Shown: in pieces, positions 1 through 7,504 of the stretch
Layout: each line of letters opens with the position of its first letter
Numbering within the stretch: position 1 is the first letter of the stretch
Source of the DNA: Candidatus Heimdallarchaeota archaeon
GTDB taxonomy: Archaea; Asgardarchaeota; Heimdallarchaeia; Hodarchaeales; Hodarchaeaceae
Direction: 5' to 3'
DNA: 17,819 nucleotides
Assembly (NCBI GenBank): GCA_019057635.1
Contig: DXJL01000180.1
Coordinates: 1 to 17,819, forward strand
Notes under the pieces: generated by a model
Seen by the model: the letters and a program-made list of their open reading frames with translations, nothing else
Told to the model about the DNA's origin: nothing
Databases searched by the model: none
Made by a program: the position numbers and the translations under genes

Positions 1-834
1 CAACAGACATATTTAATGGCTGTAGGCGGTGGTACCGTTATAGATTATGTGAAACTTATAGCTAACATGTCTAAAACGGAATATATTGCTGTTCCAACCA
101 ATGCAAGTCATGATGGATTTTCTAGCCCTTACATTAACTTTTTATTGAGAACTAAAATAGATCAATATTTCAAAAAGGAACTTTCACAAGAGTATTGCCC
201 AATTTCTCCCTTAGCAATAGTCGGTGACACCACGATGATTAGTAAAGCGCCTAAAGAATCTTTGAAAGCGGGTGTAGGGGATATATTATCAAAATGGGTC
301 GCTGTGGAAGATTGGAAACTCGCTAATAGATTGAAAGGTGAAGATTACGATATATATGCTGCATCGTTTTCAGAAATGACAGCAACTATGGTTGAGGAAA
401 GAATTCGCGATCTAGGGAAGAATTTCTTCAGTGAGAAAGGAGTGAGGGCCTTAATCAAGGCATTAGGGAGTAGTGGTGTTGCAATGTGTATTGCAGGATC
501 ATCTCGTCCAGCTAGTGGATCAGAACATCTTGTTAGTCACGCTTTAGATAGCTTATCATCCGAATATGATTTTGAAGTGTTACATGGTCATCAAACGGGA
601 ATTAGTGCCATTTTAATGATGTATTTGCATGGGGGCGATTGGATGCGTATTCGTAAGTCTTTAAAGAAGATTTCTGCCCCTTTGACCCTCCATGAACTAG
701 GTATTGATAGAGATATAATGCTATTAGCCCTACAAAAAGCTCAACATATTCGTCCTGAAAGATATACGGTTCTTTCTGAAGGTTTAACTAGATCTGCTGC
801 GGAAAATGCCATCGAGATGACTGGAATTGATTGA
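1..834 (+). CDS. egsA: sn-glycerol-1-phosphate dehydrogenase (NAD(P)+), 5'-truncated by the window edge
   Basis: Motifs GGGTVID (NAD binding), PTNASHDG, GDILSK, AGSSRPASGSEHLVSHALD and LHGHQTG (Zn ligands), and RPERYTVL. Frame 1 is open from base 1 (QQTYLMAVGGG), so the true start lies upstream of the window. Confidence 0.93.
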   Translation, partial: QQTYLMAVGGGTVIDYVKLIANMSKTEYIAVPTNASHDGFSSPYINFLLRTKIDQYFKKELSQEYCPISPLAIVGDTTMISKAPKESLKAGVGDILSKWVAVEDWKLANRLKGEDYDIYAASFSEMTATMVEERIRDLGKNFFSEKGVRALIKALGSSGVAMCIAGSSRPASGSEHLVSHALDSLSSEYDFEVLHGHQTGISAILMMYLHGGDWMRIRKSLKKISAPLTLHELGIDRDIMLLALQKAQHIRPERYTVLSEGLTRSAAENAIEMTGID

Positions 835-1619
835 GCTTGGGGGATATTATCGCTGGTATTGATGAAGCCGGAAGAGGTAGTGTATTAGGACCCTTAATAA
901 TTGTTGGTTTGTCTTTAGAGAAAGATAAGATAGATTTTCTTCATCAAAAAGGTGTGAAAGATTCTAAACTATTCACTGGATTATCAGGACGGAATAAAAG
1001 AAGTGAATTGGCAGTAGAGATACAGCAACAAGCAGAGAAAGTCAAAGTAATTGAAGTTCCATCATCAGAAATCGATTTAACATTAAATAGACGTCCTAGA
1101 GATAATTTGAATCTATTAGAACTTAGGTACTTCAGTAAACTTATAATGGAACTACACGCAGAGGAAATTTTTGTAGACACGATTTCTTCCCCCAAATATT
1201 CAATGACACAAATTTCAAATTTAATTCGCTTGAATAATGATTTATTGACCTTTAAAGTAATTACTACTAATAATTCTGAGAGTAAATTTACTTTAGGTAG
1301 AGGAGGGAAATCATCAAAAAACATTCTAATTGCTCCTAAAGCTGATAGTAAATATACTGTAGTAGCAGCAGCTTCATGTGTAGCTAAGCATATAAGAGAT
1401 CTTAGATTACGAGAAATTGAACAAGAGTGGAATTTACCCAAGCAAATTCTTGGCCAAGGATATCCAAATGAGAAAGATCAAGATTTAATGCGATTTTTTT
1501 GTGAATACTCAAATCAAATTAAGCAACACCATTTTCCATTTATTCGGTATCAATGGGAATGGAGATGTTTACAGGAAATCTTAAGCCAACCCATGAAAAA
1601 ATTAGATCAGTATTTTTAA
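831..1619 (+). CDS. rnhB: Ribonuclease HII, archaeal type
   Basis: Motifs GIDEAGRGSVLGP, GVKDSK, VDT, KADSKY..VAAASCVAK..RD and G.GYP. The C-terminus MKKLDQYF is PIP-box-like. The TTG start overlaps the egsA stop (TTGA). Confidence 0.95.
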   Translation: MSLGDIIAGIDEAGRGSVLGPLIIVGLSLEKDKIDFLHQKGVKDSKLFTGLSGRNKRSELAVEIQQQAEKVKVIEVPSSEIDLTLNRRPRDNLNLLELRYFSKLIMELHAEEIFVDTISSPKYSMTQISNLIRLNNDLLTFKVITTNNSESKFTLGRGGKSSKNILIAPKADSKYTVVAAASCVAKHIRDLRLREIEQEWNLPKQILGQGYPNEKDQDLMRFFCEYSNQIKQHHFPFIRYQWEWRCLQEILSQPMKKLDQYF

Positions 1620-1673
1620 AAGGAAAAGTGGAAATTTGTTGATTAGTAAAATTCTGAACACAGGTTATTGGTA

Positions 1674-3050
1674 ATGGATGAAAATATTTTTCGTACCTAT
1701 GACATACGAGGGAAATTTCCTCAAGAAATTTCATTACAAACAGTAGTTAACATCGGTAGAGCGTTTGGAACATACTTTGGAATTAAGAAAAATGTCATAA
1801 TCGGTGGTGACGTCAGACTATCTACCCCGATAATAAAAACGGCTCTTTCAATGGGGTTAATGGAAGTTGGTTGTAATGTTAAGGACATTGGTATTTGCAC
1901 TACGCCAACTATATATTTCCTATCCGCAAATAATTCATCTGTAGATTTTGGAATTATGGTAACAGCTAGTCATAATCCTATTGAATATAATGGAATTAAA
2001 GTGTGCGATCAAAATGGTGTTTCATTTCACATTGACAATTTTTACAGTGAAATAAAGAGAACAATGAACCAGAATGACTATACAGTGATTGAAAGTCATG
2101 CTTATGGACAAACACCAATCTTAAATGGAGTAAATAATGAACAATTTTGGAATTATCACAAAAATCGTTTTTATCCTGACAAGGAGATGAATCTCGTTGT
2201 GGATATTGGAAATGGAACATGTTATCCAATTCTACAAGTCTTAGAAGGCAAAAAAATGGAAGTTCTTGCCCTTCATCCCGATCCTGATGGAACTTTTCCT
2301 GTTATGATTCCCGATCCAGCCAAACCCGAATGTCTCAGATTTATTATTCAATCTATGAATCAAAATTCTCACGATTTAGGTATTGGTTTTGATGCAGATG
2401 GAGATCGTGTAGGATTTGTGGACGACAAAGGAAATATTATAAAACCTGATCAAGTAATAATGCTATTTGGTCAGTATTTAATTGAAAAAGTTCCAAATGG
2501 AGAAATTTTAATCGATATAAAAACCTCAAAAGCAACTTACGAATACTTGGAGAATCTCGGTGCTAAAGTGAAGTTCACTCGTGTAGGCCATTCTTGGATC
2601 CATGAGGAGCTTCTGAAAAGGGATGCAATCTTTGCGGGAGAATTAAGTGGTCATTACTACTTTGGAGAGGGGTACTTTGGTTTTGATGATGCCACTTTTT
2701 CATCTTTAAAGATGATTGAAATTGTTGCTTCATTAGAGGAACCAATCTCTCAAATAATAGCAAAGCTACCTTCATATCTTACTTCAGATGAACTGAGAAT
2801 ACCTTGCGATGATAGTATCAAATCAATTGTGGTAGAGAATGTTAAATCCCTTTTAGTGGCTGAAGCTCAAAATTGCATTACAATCGATGGAGTGAGAGCT
2901 GAATTTGAAGATGGATGGGTACTGGTTCGCGAAAGTGGGACTGAACCTGTAATTTCTGCTCGTGCTGAAGCAGATACAAAGCAGAAACTTCTTTATTACA
3001 TAGATTATGTCAAGGAAATTGTCACAAATGAAATTAGTAAAAATACCTAA
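1674..3050 (+). CDS. Phosphomannomutase/phosphoglucomutase (alpha-D-phosphohexomutase family)
   Basis: Motifs IFRTYDIRG, catalytic TASHNP, metal loop DADGDR, sugar loop GELSGH and phosphate loop RESGTEP. ATG 1674 is preferred over TTG 1668. Confidence 0.93.
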   Translation: MDENIFRTYDIRGKFPQEISLQTVVNIGRAFGTYFGIKKNVIIGGDVRLSTPIIKTALSMGLMEVGCNVKDIGICTTPTIYFLSANNSSVDFGIMVTASHNPIEYNGIKVCDQNGVSFHIDNFYSEIKRTMNQNDYTVIESHAYGQTPILNGVNNEQFWNYHKNRFYPDKEMNLVVDIGNGTCYPILQVLEGKKMEVLALHPDPDGTFPVMIPDPAKPECLRFIIQSMNQNSHDLGIGFDADGDRVGFVDDKGNIIKPDQVIMLFGQYLIEKVPNGEILIDIKTSKATYEYLENLGAKVKFTRVGHSWIHEELLKRDAIFAGELSGHYYFGEGYFGFDDATFSSLKMIEIVASLEEPISQIIAKLPSYLTSDELRIPCDDSIKSIVVENVKSLLVAEAQNCITIDGVRAEFEDGWVLVRESGTEPVISARAEADTKQKLLYYIDYVKEIVTNEISKNT

Positions 3051-3118
3051 AAATTCATTTAGGAATTGAAATTAGGATATATTTGCGACTCGTTGTGAAT
3101 TTAGAAGAGGTAAATAAG

Positions 3119-3295
3119 ATGGATGATCGTTTAATTGGTTCATTGCTTATAGTTATAGGGTTATTAGTTGCAGGATTAGGAGGTACAATGAGTACGGCTA
3201 TATCTGCTTTTTATTATATTTTTGGCTTCCTTACTGCCTTTGCAGGTCTTGGGCTTTTATTGAAATATCGAAAGTTGACCCAGACAAGAGATTAA
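3119..3295 (+). CDS. Small membrane protein (58 aa, two predicted TM helices)
   Basis: ATG 3119 follows GAGG at 3107-3110. Two hydrophobic Gly-rich stretches (LIGSLLIVIGLLVAGLGG; FYYIFGFLTAFAGLGLLL) are followed by a basic KYRK tail. Confidence 0.7.
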   Translation: MDDRLIGSLLIVIGLLVAGLGGTMSTAISAFYYIFGFLTAFAGLGLLLKYRKLTQTRD

Positions 3296-3318
3296 AAGAA
3301 ATTTCTGCACAACGAGAA

Positions 3319-5925
3319 TTACTGGGGGATTTCTAGTTTATCGATAAGAAGAGTGATCTTCTTTTCACTTTTTGTCTCACCTATTGCTATTGTTATCCTC
3401 TGAATCCCTTCGAGTTCATGAATTATTCCATTGAGGAAAGATAAAATGTCCCCAGGATATATAAGAAGATCAAATTGCGAGAAACTCCGAGAAATTTGAT
3501 TAATATTCTTCCCCTCTAACCTTTTATTGACAATGAATCTCCCGATCTGCTCGGAACCATGAACACAAAATGGGTTTTCTTTACAGGTGCATGTGAAGAA
3601 GTTCTGAGTCCATTTGGCAAATGTCGTCAAACACCATTTATTGAGTTCTGTTGCTTCTTTTCCCCTTAGGGAAGCGTTCATTACATCCAAGACTGGACTA
3701 TTGATCAATCGTGTTGAAAATCTCATGTGATATGTCTTCTCAAGATAAGCATGGAGTTTTTTTGACAAATAAACATTCTGTGGATGGTTCATTTCGAGTG
3801 CAATTGATAAAAAATGTTCTTTTTTCTTGATCAAAGACCTTATTGCAATTGTTTTTTCAGGGGAAAAAAAAGAGAGAGCTGAAGCCTTGCCCAAAGGAGT
3901 TACCTCTAAATAGCGATGCTTTTCTTTGGTTCTAATGGAAATTAGGTCATTACGAATTAATTTATTCGTAATATGCATGAAATTATGATTGCCAGTCCCA
4001 ATCATATTTTGGTAGATCTTTTTGACCTCAGTTGGTAACATTTTCATCTTTGTAGAACAAATAGAAATAATTTGTTCCCCACAAGCATTCTCGTCATAAT
4101 CAGGCATTATTGGAGTAAGATCAGAATTTATTAACTCTAAAGCTATTTCTACTTCAGATTTTGAATCGAAGGAGGAAATAGAATCTCCCAAGCATAAAAA
4201 AACCGCATATCCTCGGTCGTGTTTTCCTAATCTACCTGCTCGTCCAATCATCTGGGTAAAGGTATTTGGATCAAGTATTTGATTCCCCATCATCATTGAT
4301 TCGAATATTACTTGTGAAGCTGGAAAATCTACACCAGCACCTAGTGCATAAGTAGCAACAATAGCTGTACATTTTCCCGAGGAGAATTCTAACTCGATTC
4401 GCTTTCGAAGTGAATAAGAGAGACCTGAATGATAAGCTTGAGCATTTCTTATCCCTGATTCGCGTAAAGCCTCGGAAATTTCACTTGTTTTCCTTCTAGA
4501 ATTAGTAAAAATAATTGTTTGTCCCTTAAATCCATTTTTTGATATTGTTTTTAGCTCTGCAAAGACTAAAGTAGCTATTTGTCTATTTTTCTCATGACTA
4601 CCTCTTGAAATAAGCAAATGCTGTTCTAATGGAATTGGCCTATGATCGACTGTAACTAATTTCAATGAAAGTTCTTTCGCAAATTGGACTGGATTTCCAA
4701 TTGTTGCCGATAATCCTATTATTTGAACATTCTTCGAATAAAATCTTATTTTAGCTTGTAAACAGTCTAAAGTTGGCCCCCGTTCAGGATCAGCCAGAGA
4801 TTGTATTTCATCAATCGCAATACAACCAATTTCATCAAAATTTATTTGTCCCCCGCGAATTAAAAGATCTAAGCCTTCAAAAGTAGCGATTACTACATCT
4901 GAATCTTTGATTGAGAATCGAAGTTTATAGAAGTCTTTTTTCTCCTTAAAAGAATCGAAAATACGAGATCTTCCAGTACGTATACCGATCCGTAATTTAT
5001 CACCGTAAAATTTCTTGAAGTCTTCATATTTTGTATTGGCTAGAGCCACTAAAGGGACAATGAAAACAAATTTTTTTCTATCGAGTGAAGTTCTAATCCC
5101 AGCAATTTCTGCTATTAGCGTTTTTCCTGCGCTTGTATTAGCGATAATTAGCAAATTGTTGTTTTCAAGTAATCCTTTCTTTAAAGCCTCTGCTTGGATT
5201 GGTAATAGACTTTCTATTCCACGTTTTTTTAAGGATTTCTTTAAAAACTTATCGATTTGCGTATTCTGAACCGAACGTACCTCACCAGGCGTATTTGTTG
5301 TCTCTACTTTCTTTATTAGTGTCAAATCACTAAGTTTTGCATTTCCCTGAGTTAATGTCTCAGTTACTGGATGTATATCATGAAAACGATCCAGAATCGA
5401 AACCGCGTATTTTTTAAAACCTGGATTTTCTAGAAGATTAATTTTTTTTGACAGAAGTTCTTTTTCTAATTCCTGCATGGCACAAGCTTTGCATACTTCC
5501 CGATCATAGGCTTTGTAGTTGCCTTCTGTTTTTAGCAGTGTAATTTTTTCCGTTAATAGACAGAATGGGCAAAAATTTCGCTCTGAGAATTTTATTGGAA
5601 GAGAAAAGTCTTTACAAAATTGCTTTAATCCATCTTTTTCTTTATTGGATAGATCAGTGGTTAGAAAAATGTATTTTGCAGTAGTAATTATTTCCTGAAT
5701 CGTATTTTTTGCGGGGTATGCTTTCCATTTCCCTTGTTCCTCCCAGAAAATGCGATGTGGACGCCACATTATCTCCCTTTTGTAAAAATAGACAATCCTA
5801 CCTTTAAAGCGAGGTTTTCTCTGGATTAACCTTCCCCTTGTAAACCCCAGAATTTGGAGGGTATTTTCTTGCTTGGAAGGAGCGAATACAATAGTATAAA
5901 TAAATGAATTAGGAGACATACCCAT
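3319..5925 (-). CDS. Archaeal Ski2-like SF2 helicase (COG1202 / DUF5814-domain type)
   Basis: Q motif LLPIQ, motif I ANTSAGKT, Ia PLVALAN, II DEIQ, III SAT, V GVDFPASQV and VI QMIGRAGR. It has an N-terminal CPFC..CKAC and a C-terminal CTCKENPFCVH plus YPGDI, as in DUF5814. Confidence 0.88.
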   Translation of the reverse strand: MGMSPNSFIYTIVFAPSKQENTLQILGFTRGRLIQRKPRFKGRIVYFYKREIMWRPHRIFWEEQGKWKAYPAKNTIQEIITTAKYIFLTTDLSNKEKDGLKQFCKDFSLPIKFSERNFCPFCLLTEKITLLKTEGNYKAYDREVCKACAMQELEKELLSKKINLLENPGFKKYAVSILDRFHDIHPVTETLTQGNAKLSDLTLIKKVETTNTPGEVRSVQNTQIDKFLKKSLKKRGIESLLPIQAEALKKGLLENNNLLIIANTSAGKTLIAEIAGIRTSLDRKKFVFIVPLVALANTKYEDFKKFYGDKLRIGIRTGRSRIFDSFKEKKDFYKLRFSIKDSDVVIATFEGLDLLIRGGQINFDEIGCIAIDEIQSLADPERGPTLDCLQAKIRFYSKNVQIIGLSATIGNPVQFAKELSLKLVTVDHRPIPLEQHLLISRGSHEKNRQIATLVFAELKTISKNGFKGQTIIFTNSRRKTSEISEALRESGIRNAQAYHSGLSYSLRKRIELEFSSGKCTAIVATYALGAGVDFPASQVIFESMMMGNQILDPNTFTQMIGRAGRLGKHDRGYAVFLCLGDSISSFDSKSEVEIALELINSDLTPIMPDYDENACGEQIISICSTKMKMLPTEVKKIYQNMIGTGNHNFMHITNKLIRNDLISIRTKEKHRYLEVTPLGKASALSFFSPEKTIAIRSLIKKKEHFLSIALEMNHPQNVYLSKKLHAYLEKTYHMRFSTRLINSPVLDVMNASLRGKEATELNKWCLTTFAKWTQNFFTCTCKENPFCVHGSEQIGRFIVNKRLEGKNINQISRSFSQFDLLIYPGDILSFLNGIIHELEGIQRITIAIGETKSEKKITLLIDKLEIPQ

Positions 5926-6006
5926 TAGAATGAGGATTGTACCTAGTAAAAAAGCAAAGTGTTAAAAATTATGAGTTATTCCCTATGATCAAAGATACAT
6001 CACAAT

Positions 6007-6012
6007 GAGGAG
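6007..6012 (+). promoter_or_regulatory. Shine-Dalgarno-like sequence
   Basis: GAGGAG lies 6 nt upstream of ATG 6019. Confidence 0.55.
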
Positions 6013-6018
6013 TTAATA

Positions 6019-6492
6019 ATGCCAATTTGTTCCAAATGTGGATCCTATTTTAGTGAAGCTTCATGTACATTTTGTACCCCCGATGATTCTCCTAAATCCC
6101 CTGTGTCGACAGTAAATGTTGAAGAAAAGAGTCCAGTGAGATTAATCGATCCAATTGAATTACTTGACTCAATAGAGAGGACTGAAGCGAGTTTAAATCA
6201 GTTAAAAGAAGTTAAAACGGTAGAAATTACGGAAGTTAAATCTGAAATTTCTACCCTTCAAGAAAAAGAAAAAACCCTTCTTTCAGATTTAGAACCCTTG
6301 AAATTACAGATTTCGCAACTAGAATCCTCTTTGAAGGAAAAGGAGGAGGAAAATAATGTTGTTACAGGTAATAATCAAAGCTTGCTCGAAGAAACGAATG
6401 CTCTCAAAGCAAGAATTCTTAGCCTTGAAACTAACAAAGCTACATTAGAAGAAGAAGTGAATGAGCTGAAAAATACCCTTGGAGTGGAATAA
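6019..6492 (+). CDS. Hypothetical protein: N-terminal Cys4 zinc knuckle (CxxC-x8-CxxC) + long coiled coil (paralog A)
   Basis: Starts MPICSKCGSYFSEASCTFCTP, then a Pro/Ser linker and about 105 residues of heptad pattern. A good SD precedes it. Confidence 0.85.
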   Translation: MPICSKCGSYFSEASCTFCTPDDSPKSPVSTVNVEEKSPVRLIDPIELLDSIERTEASLNQLKEVKTVEITEVKSEISTLQEKEKTLLSDLEPLKLQISQLESSLKEKEEENNVVTGNNQSLLEETNALKARILSLETNKATLEEEVNELKNTLGVE

Positions 6493-6494
6493 AA

Positions 6495-6992
6495 ATGCCA
6501 ACATGTCTTAAGTGTGGTTCATACTATATTCGCGCACCCTGTCCTGTCTGTTCTCCGCCAGGGGTGGGACAATTAATCGAAGATTCAAAGGAAGCTAAAG
6601 GAAAATCGATTGAAGATCTTCAGAAAGAACTACAAGAATTGAATTCAAAGTTGAAGAATCAAGAAACGGAATTTGATCAACAAATTAGAGATTTTAAAAC
6701 ACAAATTCAATCACTAGAAGACCAGATTCAAAGCCTAGAAGTTTCCAAAATCAGTTTAAATGATCAGATAGGTAATCTTCAACAGGAGATTGAAATAAAG
6801 GAAAAAAGAACGGAAGAGGTTAGAAAACGCCTTTCAGATTTAGAATCAGAAAAAGGAGTAGCCTCTGGGAAAATCTCAGTATTGGAAAATGCGATCAATG
6901 CTCTAAAAGGGGATATTCAAACCTTTAATGAGAAAATTCTGGAAAAAAAGAAGAAAGAAGAAAATCAGGGAGTATCCGAACAAACTGATTAA
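6495..6992 (+). CDS. Hypothetical protein: N-terminal Cys4 zinc knuckle (CxxC-x8-CxxC) + long coiled coil (paralog B)
   Basis: Starts MPTCLKCGSYYIRAPCPVCSP, then about 115 residues of heptad pattern. It begins 2 nt after the paralog A stop, with GGAG at 6481-6484. Confidence 0.85.
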   Translation: MPTCLKCGSYYIRAPCPVCSPPGVGQLIEDSKEAKGKSIEDLQKELQELNSKLKNQETEFDQQIRDFKTQIQSLEDQIQSLEVSKISLNDQIGNLQQEIEIKEKRTEEVRKRLSDLESEKGVASGKISVLENAINALKGDIQTFNEKILEKKKKEENQGVSEQTD

Positions 6993-7057
6993 CAGGAGTA
7001 AGAAATTAATTAGAAAGAATTAACCAAACTCTTTTCACACAATAATTTACTTTGAGA

Positions 7058-7072
7058 ATGGAATAATTCCAT
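7058..7072. promoter_or_regulatory. Perfect 7-1-7 palindrome, putative operator
   Basis: ATGGAAT-A-ATTCCAT is intergenic, about 18 nt upstream of the LpdD-like ATG. Confidence 0.4.
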
Positions 7073-7090
7073 AGATTTCGACTGACATTG

Positions 7091-7504
7091 ATGAGAGAAA
7101 TGAAGAAACTCGCACAATTCGAGAGTAATTTTGAATCTTTTCAATTGTTTGCTAATGTATATTCAAAACAAAATAGTCTAATCATAGATGTTGTTACCCC
7201 TAATGAACATTTAGGGGGTATGGGGGTAGGCCTACCATATATTCGTGCAAATGGTGCAAAGTCAGCCAATTTTCACTGCATTTCGATCCCAGCTCATAGA
7301 GATGCAGAACTAGCTGGAAAATTAGCTCGAATAATTGCTAAAAACACCGAAGTACCTGTAATAGTCCTTCTTGGCATTCACATTCCAAATATTTCTAGGA
7401 GCCAAATCCTTAAGCTCTCTCAGTTCTTTGAAAAGTGGTTCGTAGAAATTAGCTTTAAATTAGCTAAGGATCCCTCTTTATATTCAAATAAAGTAAACCA
7501 ATAA
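7091..7504 (+). CDS. LpdD / proteasome assembly chaperone 4 (PAC4)-like family protein
   Basis: The pattern HLGGMGVGLP...SA....I.IPAHRDAELA..LA..IA.....PV.V..GIHI.N.S...I matches my recollection of the LpdD-like family. The start is uncertain (7088 TTG, 7091 ATG or 7100 ATG). Confidence 0.7.
   Translation: MREMKKLAQFESNFESFQLFANVYSKQNSLIIDVVTPNEHLGGMGVGLPYIRANGAKSANFHCISIPAHRDAELAGKLARIIAKNTEVPVIVLLGIHIPNISRSQILKLSQFFEKWFVEISFKLAKDPSLYSNKVNQ

Noticed and set aside
944-1441. 165-aa minus-strand ORF
   Set aside because: Antisense shadow of rnhB with no motifs.
1540-2775. Short minus-strand ORFs 1540-1734, 1996-2229 and 2575-2775
   Set aside because: They overlap rnhB or PMM on the opposite strand and have no recognisable features.
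5015-5269. 84-aa plus-strand ORF
   Set aside because: Antisense to the helicase core.
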